A stretch of 64,000 bases of DNA, from the IMG/VR virus record IMGVR_UViG_3300025849_003344, one strand, 5' to 3'. This DNA is from a virus. Its lineage: Duplodnaviria > Caudoviricetes. The translations under genes were made by a program, and so were the position numbers. This document shows, piece by piece, positions 17,957 through 27,835 of this stretch. Within the stretch, counting starts at the first letter, position 1, and each line of letters starts with the position of its first letter. The notes beneath the pieces are model-generated. The model saw only the letters and a program-made list of their open reading frames with translations, was not told the DNA's origin and did no database searches.

Positions 17957-18616
17957 TTATAGTTTAGTTTTCAGTAACGAGAGGAAATTCTTAAACTCAC
18001 GAGTCTGAGTCTCATAGAGATCAGCACGTGGAGCTGTCTTAATTTCAGTCTCCATTTTTTCAATTTCTTGAGCTTCAATGAGGCCATTATTCCAGATCCA
18101 GTCAACGCCTTCCATAATTCCATTAACAAAAGCTCCTGGAGCTGATGGATCTTGTACGATGTCAATCGTATTAAGCATAAAGTCCTCTTTGACAAACATG
18201 GCATCACCACGTTTCTCAAGGCTACCCATACCACGAGTTGATACGCCTAGTTGTACGCCGCCTTCAAGCAAACCTTTTACGATTTGACCCATAGGGGTGT
18301 CCAATATGCGTGCTTTGCCCATCACATTATTGTTCTCAAACTTGAGGTCAGTAATAAGATGGGAAACTTTATCCAAGTTAACAGTAGGCCCGTCAGGGTG
18401 ATTAAGTTCACCGACAGCTCTCTTTGTGTCAACTTGTTCTTTGGAGTATTTTTTTACCGCAGCTTCCATAATAGCTTTTGGGTAAATACGTCCATTTCTA
18501 TTCTTTTGTTCAGCTTGTGCAAATACACCTTCGATGGTATAATTCTTAGTACCATCTTCCTTGGCTTCTACCAAGCATTCAATATTTTGTTCTGTGTATT
18601 CAGCAATAAGCTTCAT
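17957..18616 (-). CDS. gp21: Prohead protease gp21
   Basis: IEGVFAQAEQKNRNGRIYP, GELNHP, GVSTRGMGS, DIVQDPSAP. Confidence 0.97.
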   Translation of the reverse strand: MKLIAEYTEQNIECLVEAKEDGTKNYTIEGVFAQAEQKNRNGRIYPKAIMEAAVKKYSKEQVDTKRAVGELNHPDGPTVNLDKVSHLITDLKFENNNVMGKARILDTPMGQIVKGLLEGGVQLGVSTRGMGSLEKRGDAMFVKEDFMLNTIDIVQDPSAPGAFVNGIMEGVDWIWNNGLIEAQEIEKMETEIKTAPRADLYETQTREFKNFLSLLKTKL

Positions 18617-18816
18617 TATTCTATTTCCTTAACAAACTGCATAAGCATTTTTTGCGCATGCCGTTTCGTATCATACGTATCTAATTTTTCACCGTCTACA
18701 TATGCTTCAAACTTGTCATACTTTTGAATTATTTCAAGTTTGTAGCCCATATATTTTCTTTGAAAAACTGTACGTTCTTTTTTGACAGCTTCCCTAATCG
18801 TCCTCAGAGTCTTCAT
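18616..18816 (-). CDS. Small prohead core protein at the gp68 position
   Basis: Basic 66-aa ORF (MKTLRTIREA...) coupled to gp21 by TAATG; assignment is positional. Confidence 0.55.
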   Translation of the reverse strand: MKTLRTIREAVKKERTVFQRKYMGYKLEIIQKYDKFEAYVDGEKLDTYDTKRHAQKMLMQFVKEIE

Positions 18817-19081
18817 CGGCGTGTTCTGTATCGTCTTCGTCGTCAACATCTAAGTCATCCTCTTCAGACTCTACGTCGTCATCATCTTCTAAGTCTAATT
18901 CAAGCTGTTCTTCATCAGTGTCCTCTGCTTCCAAACCATTATAAATTTGACCAGATACTCTGATCCTCTCTTGATCCAATGCGTCGTTCATTTTAGCTGC
19001 CATAATATCTGCAAAAGTACCATTTGCCTTTGCTAAATCTTGATCAGTAGCTTGTTGAATCAATTGTTCAATATTTTCCAT
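18794..19081 (-). CDS. Acidic prohead core protein, gp67-like
   Basis: Very acidic C-terminus; follows the portal gene; GGAG SD before MENIEQ. Confidence 0.65.
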   Translation of the reverse strand: MENIEQLIQQATDQDLAKANGTFADIMAAKMNDALDQERIRVSGQIYNGLEAEDTDEEQLELDLEDDDDVESEEDDLDVDDEDDTEHADEDSEDD

Positions 19082-19100
19082 AATATCTCCGTTTAACAAT

Positions 19101-19108
19101 TATTTATA
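19101..19108 (-). promoter_or_regulatory. Late promoter for the gp67-gp23 head genes
   Basis: Exact TATAAATA between gp20 and gp67. Confidence 0.85.
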
Positions 19109-19114
19109 ATAAAA

Positions 19115-20623
19115 CTATTCTTCATCTTGCACCGGAGCATCATTTTGTTCCGGTTCTTCTTCGTCTGACTGCTTTTCAACTTGTTTAATGTCATCGTCAT
19201 TAAACTGTAAAACATTCTTCATAACCCACTCTTTTGAGAAATAGTCTCCGACATACTGGCTAACTTGATCCAGTGTCTGTAAACGCTCTCTAAGTAGTTC
19301 GGCATCTTTTAGTTCAGTGAAATGATTATCACGTGTGAAATCAATAATAATATCGTTTTTCCACTCATTCCAATCATCCTCGGTAATTAAGCCTTTCATG
19401 ATCAATTGTTTTTTTAGAATCTCTAGAAATAACATTGAAAAGCGTTTACGAAGTCTATCAATAAACTTTTGGAATTTAAGTTCGTCGCGATTAATTTCTG
19501 TAGATCTGCCTAAACTAAATTGCTGTTCTTGTTCTAAGCGATTAATCGGAACATTGAGAGACCTATAAAGACGCTTTTGAAAATAGATAATATCGTCGAT
19601 TTGACCGAGATTTTCTCCTCCTGGTAAAGTAGAGATCTCAGTTCCTCTACCTCCTTCACGCCGAGGTAACCAAAAGTCTTCGAGCATTGACATATGTTTT
19701 CTGTCATCTCTAATCTGTCCTGTGTCTGCGTCATATACAAGTTTATTACGATAACGAGACATGATGTCTTTCATATATTGCTCAGATTTACCGCGAGGTA
19801 GGTTACCGACGTCAATATAGAAAATACGCCTCTCAGGCGCTCGTGCAAGCCGATAGATGACTAGTGAGTCTTCCATCATTCGAAGTTGATTGATTGGCTT
19901 CACCGCTTTATGTAAATGCGATACAACCTTCTTACGACTAGCATCTAGTAAGCCTGATGTAACATAACTAACAGAATCGTTTGAAAGTTTTATACCAGAA
20001 GTCTGTGATCCAGGTTTTTCTTGATAAATGTAATATTCGTCAATTGACTCAACTAAATTTGCTCCAGTTATCGGATCTTTCTTTTTCTTTATTTGTTTTA
20101 CTTTACGAATCTTTGCAGAATCAATAGGTCTAATTTCCTGAATGCCTGCCTTAATATTAGATTCATTTACAACAAGATGATGATATAAACGGCCGTCAAC
20201 ATACCAACGTTTAAACATATCATGGCCGTTGTTAGTAAAGTCCAACATTGAAATAACATTGTCAAACTCTTCCGTAATTCCTTTTTTAATCTGATCGGAT
20301 ACTTCAACTTTATCAAGAACAATAGAGACTGGTTGTTCTTGTTCTTGAGCTGATACAGATTCGTTAATAATATCTTCAATCGCAGCATCAACTTCAGGAT
20401 GAGTTGAAATGCCACGGTATTTCATAATTAACTGATGATTATCCTTAGAATCATCTCCATCAATATTAACATATTGACCGTAATGTGAACCAGAAGCAGT
20501 TACGTATCCAGCACCATCGTCATCTTGACGAGGTACAATAGACTGTAACTTCTTGTCTTCTTGTTTCTGATTGGCTCTACGAATTTCAAAGCCAAAGATT
20601 TTTAATGCGTTATTATCGGCCAT
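19115..20623 (-). CDS. gp20: Portal protein gp20
   Basis: HPEVDAAIEDIINE, NQLRMMEDSLVIYRLARAPERRIFYIDVGNLP, EDFWLPRREGGRGTEI. Confidence 0.98.
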   Translation of the reverse strand: MADNNALKIFGFEIRRANQKQEDKKLQSIVPRQDDDGAGYVTASGSHYGQYVNIDGDDSKDNHQLIMKYRGISTHPEVDAAIEDIINESVSAQEQEQPVSIVLDKVEVSDQIKKGITEEFDNVISMLDFTNNGHDMFKRWYVDGRLYHHLVVNESNIKAGIQEIRPIDSAKIRKVKQIKKKKDPITGANLVESIDEYYIYQEKPGSQTSGIKLSNDSVSYVTSGLLDASRKKVVSHLHKAVKPINQLRMMEDSLVIYRLARAPERRIFYIDVGNLPRGKSEQYMKDIMSRYRNKLVYDADTGQIRDDRKHMSMLEDFWLPRREGGRGTEISTLPGGENLGQIDDIIYFQKRLYRSLNVPINRLEQEQQFSLGRSTEINRDELKFQKFIDRLRKRFSMLFLEILKKQLIMKGLITEDDWNEWKNDIIIDFTRDNHFTELKDAELLRERLQTLDQVSQYVGDYFSKEWVMKNVLQFNDDDIKQVEKQSDEEEPEQNDAPVQDEE

Positions 20624-20641
20624 TTTTCACCTAAAGAGTTA

Positions 20642-20665
20642 GGGAGGGACGTAGTTGCCCCTCCC
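20642..20665 (-). terminator. GC-rich hairpin between gp19 and gp20 (weak terminator or processing site)
   Basis: GGGAGGG...CCCTCCC stem; poor U tract. Confidence 0.4.
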
Positions 20666-20673
20666 AAATAATA

Positions 20674-21201
20674 TTAAGAAGTTGTATTGGATGTCCAATA
20701 TTGATACGTAAACTCAACAGTAAATTCTTCAATCTGATCATTTGCATCGTATGCAAGCTCGATTGGAGAAACGCCTGTTGGGAATGACGCAATAAAGTTA
20801 TATGTCTTAAGAATGTTCTCATCTTTATCAAGTTGATCTACTTTGAGATCCGCCTGATAATCTGTAGGATTCACAAGACCAGTATTTAATGTGTGAGCAT
20901 TAATACCATTCATCCAACGTTCCATTGAATCACGAATAGTGAAATTAGTATCGTTAATAATTGTCACTGTCCATGGTTCAAAAACACGATCGCCAGCCAT
21001 TTGTAACTGTCTGCCTCTGAAAGGAACAGTCATTGCTGGAATCGTAGAACCAGGCAACTGAGCCGATCTACACATGAATGATGTTAATTCAACATCACCT
21101 CCAGCATAAGCTGGAAAATTCAAAGTTGCCTTGAATAGGTTGGGGCGAGCACCGCCACCAGCCAGTTTTGCTTTAAAATCGTCTACACCTAAAATAGCCA
21201 T
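20674..21201 (-). CDS. gp19: Tail tube protein gp19
   Basis: GGGARPNLF, VPFRGR, AGDRVFEPWTVTIINDT, IEEFTVEFTYQYW. Confidence 0.97.
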   Translation of the reverse strand: MAILGVDDFKAKLAGGGARPNLFKATLNFPAYAGGDVELTSFMCRSAQLPGSTIPAMTVPFRGRQLQMAGDRVFEPWTVTIINDTNFTIRDSMERWMNGINAHTLNTGLVNPTDYQADLKVDQLDKDENILKTYNFIASFPTGVSPIELAYDANDQIEEFTVEFTYQYWTSNTTS

Positions 21202-21212
21202 TTGTTATCTCC

Positions 21213-22949
21213 TTATACGCCTGAGATTTCACTGAAATCGACGCCAGTACGAACGGCAACAAAGTTAAGAGTAACAAAGTTGATTGAACGTGCAGGTTTG
21301 ACTAAGATCGTAGCGACAAACTCATTTCTATCTATAACAGCACCAGTGTTGTTTGTTTCGTCACAAATAACACGGAAGTCTGTAATACCACGACGACCTT
21401 TAATGTCCCTCAAGAACGGCTCTACAACACCAACAAATTCTGCTCTTGTAAATTCATCATTGAATTCGAACATAACGTTACGCGCTGCAATTGAAATTGC
21501 TCTTTCGATTGTCAAGAACAAACGACGTACGTTAATACGATCGAATGCTGAAGGTCTTGCCAGTTTTGTCTTATCACCGAACAACAACAAACCTTGTCCA
21601 GGAATATTAGAAATTGGGTTAACACCATTTCTATATAGCACATCTCTCTGAGATTTATTTGGAGAGTATGCAAGTCCTGTTACTCCAAGATACTGACCAC
21701 GACGTGGACCAGCTGGTGAGAACCATGTTGCCGCAGTTACATCAGTAGCTGCCATGATACCGGCTGTTGAGGAGTTAGCTGGGATAAAAATAAACTCATC
21801 GTTATATTTATCATACACTTTAAGGTAATTGTTATCAACTACTAGGTAAGAGGATGATGTGAATGTTGCAGCAGTTGCAACCGCATTTGTATTTGCGGCA
21901 GTCGCAGTAGCTCCGACAATATCAGTTCTTGCAGGTGATGCAACAACCACACAGTCTTTACGCTGACCTTGAGCAATACTTACCATATCGTTAACGATTG
22001 TAGTTGTATCTGTACGACTTGACATTTGAGGAGCAATCATAAGATCCACTTGGATATTATCTTTGTCTTCAAATTGGTCAAAACCAGTAATGTAATCACC
22101 AACATCCATGTTAGTAGATTCATCACCTTGAGTCAGATCGTAGTTTTTAGCATTTAGAACTGAAGCAGAAAGTTGGAAGTCAACACCAGAATCAGCATCG
22201 TCACCAGCATTTGCAACATTATAGTCGGAATCAAAACCGGCCATCCAAATGTATTCTGATTTTCTATTAATAACGTCTCTTACAAAGTTTGTAGAACCGT
22301 CAGATGTTTTAGCGTTAGCGGCCAAAGATACAAATGGATATGTTTCTAGAACTGTACCTTTTGTTCCTGTAAATTTACCGCCAGTATCAACGATAGCTAC
22401 GTGAACTTCGTCGTTATCTGCGTTTAAACCTTCAGCAAAACCGGATGTTCCTGGAGCTGCGTCAAAGTTATCTTTATATGTCCAACCATCGAACGCTGAG
22501 TCAGCTCCTTGTTGTGGGCATAGAGATACTCTCAAGCTGTTGCCGAGTTCGCCTGGCCATTTAGCAATGAAAGTATGTTGATCCGAATCAAAGCCTGACA
22601 ACGCGTTATCAAAACCGTCGTTATCTTTGATGCGAACATTTAAACCTGCTGATGCTTCGTTTGTGTTGTATGCGTTAAAGCCATCGCTATCGCCAAGAAC
22701 ACGAACAACCTGTAAAGCATTAGTATACTTAAGAAAGTAAGCTGCTGAATGATAGTCAACAGCATTTGCAGATGTAGGCGCTCCAAAGGTAGCAGACAAC
22801 TCAGCTTCATTAGAAATAAGAGTTGGCTGTTCCACTGGGCCCCATCTGAAGTTACCGACAAATGCACCGGTCGAAGAGGAAACTGCTGGTACAACACCAG
22901 ACGCGTCGACCTCTCTTACGGTAATTGCCGGAGATTCTGAAAATGCCAT
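21213..22949 (-). CDS. gp18: Tail sheath protein gp18
   Basis: SPAITVREVD, WFSPAGPRRG, AFDRINVRRLF, KPARSINFVTLNFVA. Confidence 0.98.
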   Translation of the reverse strand: MAFSESPAITVREVDASGVVPAVSSSTGAFVGNFRWGPVEQPTLISNEAELSATFGAPTSANAVDYHSAAYFLKYTNALQVVRVLGDSDGFNAYNTNEASAGLNVRIKDNDGFDNALSGFDSDQHTFIAKWPGELGNSLRVSLCPQQGADSAFDGWTYKDNFDAAPGTSGFAEGLNADNDEVHVAIVDTGGKFTGTKGTVLETYPFVSLAANAKTSDGSTNFVRDVINRKSEYIWMAGFDSDYNVANAGDDADSGVDFQLSASVLNAKNYDLTQGDESTNMDVGDYITGFDQFEDKDNIQVDLMIAPQMSSRTDTTTIVNDMVSIAQGQRKDCVVVASPARTDIVGATATAANTNAVATAATFTSSSYLVVDNNYLKVYDKYNDEFIFIPANSSTAGIMAATDVTAATWFSPAGPRRGQYLGVTGLAYSPNKSQRDVLYRNGVNPISNIPGQGLLLFGDKTKLARPSAFDRINVRRLFLTIERAISIAARNVMFEFNDEFTRAEFVGVVEPFLRDIKGRRGITDFRVICDETNNTGAVIDRNEFVATILVKPARSINFVTLNFVAVRTGVDFSEISGV

Positions 22950-23012
22950 GATTTTTTCCTCTCGAAAAATTAAATTATATGCGGGTCCATAATACGAATA
23001 TTCAATTACTAG

Positions 23013-23020
23013 TATTTATA
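23013..23020 (-). promoter_or_regulatory. Late promoter for gp18-gp19
   Basis: Exact TATAAATA in the gp17-gp18 intergenic region. Confidence 0.85.
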
Positions 23021-23024
23021 ACTT

Positions 23025-24611
23025 TTAAATATCTGGCGAATACTCGATAGCCCACGGCATACCTTCTTCTTCTTTAGGGTTATAGTCTGATAAACCATCA
23101 TCTATAAACCCGAAAGGTGGTAAGTCGTCTTCAATTTCTCTCATTTTTTGTTTAAACATCATTTCTTTCAAATTGATATCAGTCATATCAGAAAAATATT
23201 GAGTAGATACAAAATATCCAAACATAACAAAATTCATGACTAAGTCATCGTGATTGCCAGTTGAAGCTTCATATGATTGACCTTTAGCAACAAAGGTAGA
23301 AATTTCTATAATTGTGTCATCGTCTACAATGTCTAGTTTTTTGTTTTCTAATACATCTTTAAATGCTGAACATCCTAATCGTTTTACTTTACGTGTCATC
23401 TCAACTCCTAAAGCATTTGCTTTAATAGCAGATTCTACATGCATATTTTCGTATTCTAAATCATGATAAAGACCATTTGTCACAAGCGAACCTTGATCAT
23501 TTGATTCAATTACAACATATGCTTTATTATAGGAATTAGCCCACTTATATATAATGTTAGGGAAGAGTAATGGAGAGATAATGTTATTGCGATATACGGC
23601 AACCTGTTTAAAAGGTCTACAGCTTATGTCGATTAAATTAAAAGTAGAATAGTCCTGTCCTCTTCCCTTCGACACATCTACAAGCATAATATATTCATGA
23701 TCCTTTTCGGTTTCAGTATATATCTTTAAGTCGCCTCCTTCAAGGAACCTAATAGGGTTACTTGCTCTTAAATTCAATAACGTTTCGGCGTTAATTAATG
23801 TATCCCCGGTGCCAAAAAATGTATTTCCAAACTCTTGGTCAAATTGTAGTCGAGACGTATTTGCTATTGTCTGGGTTTTCCACGCTTCATCACGTCCAGG
23901 AACGTCCCACCAATCAACACGAAAAGGCTTAAATTCGTTAACTCCTTGGGATGCACCTTCCCATATTTTATGAAACACATTACCAATACCATTTGCAGTA
24001 GAAGTAATAATAATTTTAGTATCTTTACCAGATGAAACAACCGGATAAGTCGATGTATAAAACTGAGCATCATTTTCAACAAATGCAAACTCGTCCAAAT
24101 ACAATAGCGACACAGACATACCTCGAATCGAGGAACCTGAAGTTGCAGCTGCAACGATCCGCGAATTATTTGAAAATTCAATCGAACCCTTATTCAAAGC
24201 CTTACAGCCAGGCTGCAAGAAGAATGGTAGATTTTCTAGCATAAGAGTGATACGGCCAAGCATCTCACGTGCCGTAGCACCTTTGTTAGCCATAACAGCA
24301 ATAGTTTTTTCTGTATGAAATAACGCATACCATAGTAGATATGCAACAGAAGATATAGATTTACCGGATTGCCTACAAGCTAAAACAATATTAAATCTAT
24401 TCTTATTGAACTCCGTAAACATTTGCTGCTGATATGGATACAGTTGAAACGGGACAAGACCCTCATCCAACGAAATAATTTTACAATATTTAGATGCAAA
24501 ATATGATGGATCTTTCATACACCTTGCGTATTCTAAAACTTCCTCTTGATTCCAATTAGCGACGACACCGTCTCTTTTTACATTTGGATTTCCAAGATAT
24601 GTTTCATTCAT
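23025..24611 (-). CDS. gp17: Terminase large subunit gp17
   Basis: YLGNPNVK, CRQSGKS, YLDEFAF, STANG, DVSKGRGQDYS, HDDLVM; start MNETY overlaps the gp16 stop. Confidence 0.98.
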   Translation of the reverse strand: MNETYLGNPNVKRDGVVANWNQEEVLEYARCMKDPSYFASKYCKIISLDEGLVPFQLYPYQQQMFTEFNKNRFNIVLACRQSGKSISSVAYLLWYALFHTEKTIAVMANKGATAREMLGRITLMLENLPFFLQPGCKALNKGSIEFSNNSRIVAAATSGSSIRGMSVSLLYLDEFAFVENDAQFYTSTYPVVSSGKDTKIIITSTANGIGNVFHKIWEGASQGVNEFKPFRVDWWDVPGRDEAWKTQTIANTSRLQFDQEFGNTFFGTGDTLINAETLLNLRASNPIRFLEGGDLKIYTETEKDHEYIMLVDVSKGRGQDYSTFNLIDISCRPFKQVAVYRNNIISPLLFPNIIYKWANSYNKAYVVIESNDQGSLVTNGLYHDLEYENMHVESAIKANALGVEMTRKVKRLGCSAFKDVLENKKLDIVDDDTIIEISTFVAKGQSYEASTGNHDDLVMNFVMFGYFVSTQYFSDMTDINLKEMMFKQKMREIEDDLPPFGFIDDGLSDYNPKEEEGMPWAIEYSPDI

Positions 24612-24945
24612 TCTTAGGTGTAACATCAATCATTTCATCCTGTAACATACGCTGCAAATCAGTCGTAGACCCGACAAACACATTATTGGTTGTTTGACCA
24701 GGTAAAGCTTTCACATTTTCTTTTCTATTAAAGTCTTTTCGCTTCTTATGCATATCCATAAGATTGCCATTAATATCTGCTATATTTTTCATCATATTAG
24801 ACAAAACTTCAAAAGCGCGTGGATGTTCAGTTGCTCTGGCAACTTCCATCATTTCTTCCATAGACTCTGATCCCTTTGCTAACAGATCATGATATATCTG
24901 TCTAGAATATTCAAAGTCATCTTCTGCATTGGTTGAATCTATCAT
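24604..24945 (-). CDS. gp16: Terminase small subunit gp16
   Basis: DDFEYSR, EHPRAFEV, TTNNVFVGSTTDLQRML. Confidence 0.93.
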   Translation of the reverse strand: MIDSTNAEDDFEYSRQIYHDLLAKGSESMEEMMEVARATEHPRAFEVLSNMMKNIADINGNLMDMHKKRKDFNRKENVKALPGQTTNNVFVGSTTDLQRMLQDEMIDVTPKNE

Positions 24946-25727
24946 AACGCACTGTCAATCTCTTGTATCAATGTTGTAAAGCCAAAGTCACTATCCGGTC
25001 CAGCATCAGACGGATTAGGAGTAATTGTAATTCTTTCTAATGGAACATCCGAATCATTTAAACCAGCACCGATATCTAAAATATCTGTAATTGCTGTACG
25101 AATAATACCTGCAGATGAAATCGGACCATGAAACATGACATGCATATCAAAGTCCATGGTATAAATGATTGTTCTCCTAGATTCCATTGCTCCTTCATAT
25201 TCATCGTTTAAAACAACGCCGGTCAGAATAATAGGAACATCTTCTTTTATTGTATCAAAATCAGTAAATGGCTGAATAGTTAAAGTATATTGTGGATTAA
25301 AATATGGTATTACCTGCTCAACAATCTGTAAAGCATCGTCCTGATTTTTAGCATATGCACTAAGCTGAAAGCTAATAATATACGGAATACCTTGAGTAAT
25401 CTTATTTCTAGATAAAACTGATCCCGCGACTGGTTGACTAGTCGTATTAATTTTCGGTAACTGCCTAGCAGGATCGTATGATATATTTGTAATTTCAAAC
25501 GACAATCTTGGAAGTTTAATTGCAACCTTTGTATCTTCACGAAGATCTGGAACTTCTCTAATTCTATCTAAGAATTTTGATCGAGGTCCGTACGATAGTG
25601 GCACTTTTTGAGTACTAATAACGCCACCGCCGGAATCTTTACGCAAAACGTATATGTCATTAAACATGGCACCAAATGTAGCCACTGCTTTTCTGATTCT
25701 TTGATGATAAAAATAATTGCCAAACAT
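24942..25727 (-). CDS. gp15: Tail sheath stabiliser gp15
   Basis: MFGNYFYHQRIRK..ATFGAMFNDI, KVPLSYGP, LPRLSFEI, QVIPYFNPQY. Confidence 0.95.
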   Translation of the reverse strand: MFGNYFYHQRIRKAVATFGAMFNDIYVLRKDSGGGVISTQKVPLSYGPRSKFLDRIREVPDLREDTKVAIKLPRLSFEITNISYDPARQLPKINTTSQPVAGSVLSRNKITQGIPYIISFQLSAYAKNQDDALQIVEQVIPYFNPQYTLTIQPFTDFDTIKEDVPIILTGVVLNDEYEGAMESRRTIIYTMDFDMHVMFHGPISSAGIIRTAITDILDIGAGLNDSDVPLERITITPNPSDAGPDSDFGFTTLIQEIDSAL

Positions 25728-26599
25728 TAATCAGGATCTCCGAATGGATTTGTTTCACTAAAGTCAATAAAGTCTAGACCATCAAAATCGTTATTTTGTT
25801 CATTGCCGTGTAACTGATTATCTTCTGTGAATGATGATAAAGTAGCACTAGCATTAGATTCTTGACCAGTAATTGTTCTTCCTGTAGATGGCAAGTGGAA
25901 TTTACCATCACTACCACCAAGATGAACAACTGAAAGTGAATTTGTATCTGATACCCACTGAGATACTTCGGCAGACAAAATAGTTCCGTCAGCAAGAGTT
26001 TGTTCTACACGTTCACCGACCTCAAAGGTTCCAGTTACTCCGGTAAGAATCATATCAAATTCATAAGCAGATGAGTTTTCAATGCCATCAATATCACTAA
26101 TACCAGTGTCAAGATCCTCATCGCTATATTCAAATAGTTGACAGCGCATCTTAAATGTTGGTAAGTTTGATAACTGATAGAATGGCTGCTCATGCTCAAC
26201 GTGCATAACTTCAAATAAAGACTTAGAAAGAGGAAGATAAACTAAATCACCTTCCCTTGGGCGTTCACCTTCTATTTCATTATCAACGCGACCAACCGTA
26301 TTATTCCAACGTCTGCGAGCGACGACAAAAGTAGCTTCGTCTCTGATCTCAACACCGAACTTAGTGAATAGATCTCCTTCTCCTTCAAATCCTTCTGTGT
26401 TTTCAATGTACATCTCGATTTTGTATGAGTTACTAAATTGCGAGGAAACGTCTTCGCCTAGTATTCTATTTTCGTTAACGATAGTTCTTGGCAGATAATA
26501 GACGTCTTGTCCATACATCTTTAAAGATTCTATAATTATATTCTCATATAAGTGCTGCTCAGAACGTACTGCTTCTGAAAAATAGATATTGCGTGCCAT
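25727..26599 (-). CDS. gp14: Neck protein gp14
   Basis: SEQHLYENIIIESLKMYGQDVYYLPR, RPREGDLVYLP, EQPFYQL. Confidence 0.95.
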   Translation of the reverse strand: MARNIYFSEAVRSEQHLYENIIIESLKMYGQDVYYLPRTIVNENRILGEDVSSQFSNSYKIEMYIENTEGFEGEGDLFTKFGVEIRDEATFVVARRRWNNTVGRVDNEIEGERPREGDLVYLPLSKSLFEVMHVEHEQPFYQLSNLPTFKMRCQLFEYSDEDLDTGISDIDGIENSSAYEFDMILTGVTGTFEVGERVEQTLADGTILSAEVSQWVSDTNSLSVVHLGGSDGKFHLPSTGRTITGQESNASATLSSFTEDNQLHGNEQNNDFDGLDFIDFSETNPFGDPD

Positions 26600-26600
26600 G

Positions 26601-27356
26601 TTAACCTACAAAAAAGTTAGGTGGAAGTTCATGTTCTAAACGAATTCGCTCTCTTAGTCTTTCAATATCTTGCATAGCATCATCAAATAATTGTCTTCCA
26701 TTTAACGATACTCCACCAGGTAATTGCATACCTTCGAACTTAATTAGGTTAGCTCCCCACTGCTGCTTAATCAAAGCTGTAGAATATTCTTTTAACCACA
26801 TATCATCATAAACTGACGTGTGAGTATCTGGATCTACGATTTGATAAACTTCAGCAATTATATAATCTCCGGCTTTAATATCTTTATCTGCAAAGTCGCC
26901 ATGAATATATAATCTGTTTTGTCTTCTAGAAAATTCTACTTGTGGATGCCCATTAAGCTTCATATCTAGAAGTGATAGATACTGTTGCATCTGTTCGTAG
27001 TATGCCAAATCGCCAGCCCAGTTTTGTAGATCAGCGATATCATTTAGCATCATTTGATATTTAACATCAAAGAAATTGCGAGAAGCCCCAAAAGCATTAT
27101 TAACGGGTAACAGCCGAGAAACAAATATGATGCTACTAGAAATAGGGATATATTCATTCGTAACATCGTCAGCTGTTACTAGATGCTTTAAATAAGTTTT
27201 TACAGTAGCATCTGAGTGATACTCTTGATACATTTGCAATGAGTCATCTATGCGTTCTTCAAGCTGATCAACATCCACGTTAATTTCAATAACTGGATCG
27301 CCAAGTCTTCGAAGACAATAATCGATGAGTCCTTGTCTTGATGTTGGAGCTGCCAT
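26601..27356 (-). CDS. gp13: Neck protein gp13
   Basis: YCLRRLGDPVIEINV, WLKEYSTALIKQQWGANLIKFEGMQLPGGV. Confidence 0.95.
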   Translation of the reverse strand: MAAPTSRQGLIDYCLRRLGDPVIEINVDVDQLEERIDDSLQMYQEYHSDATVKTYLKHLVTADDVTNEYIPISSSIIFVSRLLPVNNAFGASRNFFDVKYQMMLNDIADLQNWAGDLAYYEQMQQYLSLLDMKLNGHPQVEFSRRQNRLYIHGDFADKDIKAGDYIIAEVYQIVDPDTHTSVYDDMWLKEYSTALIKQQWGANLIKFEGMQLPGGVSLNGRQLFDDAMQDIERLRERIRLEHELPPNFFVG

Positions 27357-27383
27357 CTTAAGTCCTTTTAAAGAATTTGTATC

Positions 27384-27391
27384 TATTTATA
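27384..27391 (-). promoter_or_regulatory. Late promoter for gp13-gp17
   Basis: Exact TATAAATA upstream of gp13. Confidence 0.85.
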
Positions 27392-27400
27392 TAAAAAAAG

Positions 27401-27430
27401 GTGTACATACATATTGATGTGTGGTATAAT
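27401..27430 (+). promoter_or_regulatory. Early promoter for the heptose operon (predicted leaderless transcript)
   Basis: GTGTACA-N17-TATAAT preceded by GTGG; ATG at 27437 lies 7 nt after the -10 box with no SD. Confidence 0.75.
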
Positions 27431-27436
27431 AGAATA

Positions 27437-27835
27437 ATGAAAACAGTATTTACAAACGGCTGCTTCGATATATTACATCGAGGTCATCTAGAATATTTAA
27501 AGGAATCTGCCTTTTTCGGAGATAGGCTTATAGTAGGTATTAACTCTGATGATAGCGTTAAAAAACTAAAAGGTTCAACTAGGCCTGTCAATAGTCAAGA
27601 AGACCGTAAGTTTGCTTTAGAATGTTTAAGTTTTGTCGATAAGGTTTATATATTTGACGAGCAGACTCCATATGAATTAATTAAATATATAAAACCAGAT
27701 ATGATTACCAAAGGTGGTGATTATATATCGGACGATGTTATTGGTAATAATTTAGCTAAAGTAAAAATTATACCTTTAACAAAAGGTTATTCTACAACTA
27801 AGTTTATTGAAAGGATTTGCAATGACACAACTTAA
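27437..27835 (+). CDS. hldC: Heptose-1-phosphate adenylyltransferase (stand-alone HldE domain II)
   Basis: VFTNGCFDILHRGH, GINSDDSV..LKG..RP, KGGDY, GYSTT. Confidence 0.9.
   Translation: MKTVFTNGCFDILHRGHLEYLKESAFFGDRLIVGINSDDSVKKLKGSTRPVNSQEDRKFALECLSFVDKVYIFDEQTPYELIKYIKPDMITKGGDYISDDVIGNNLAKVKIIPLTKGYSTTKFIERICNDTT

Noticed and set aside
18251-18727. 158-aa plus-strand ORF opposite gp21, and similar short antisense ORFs across the window
   Set aside because: Antisense shadows of conserved genes, with no promoter, SD or recognisable domain
12071-24611. Inteins, introns or homing endonucleases in uvsW, gp17, gp20 or gp23
   Set aside because: All are of ordinary length with continuous motifs; no LAGLIDADG, HNH or GIY-YIG ORF was seen
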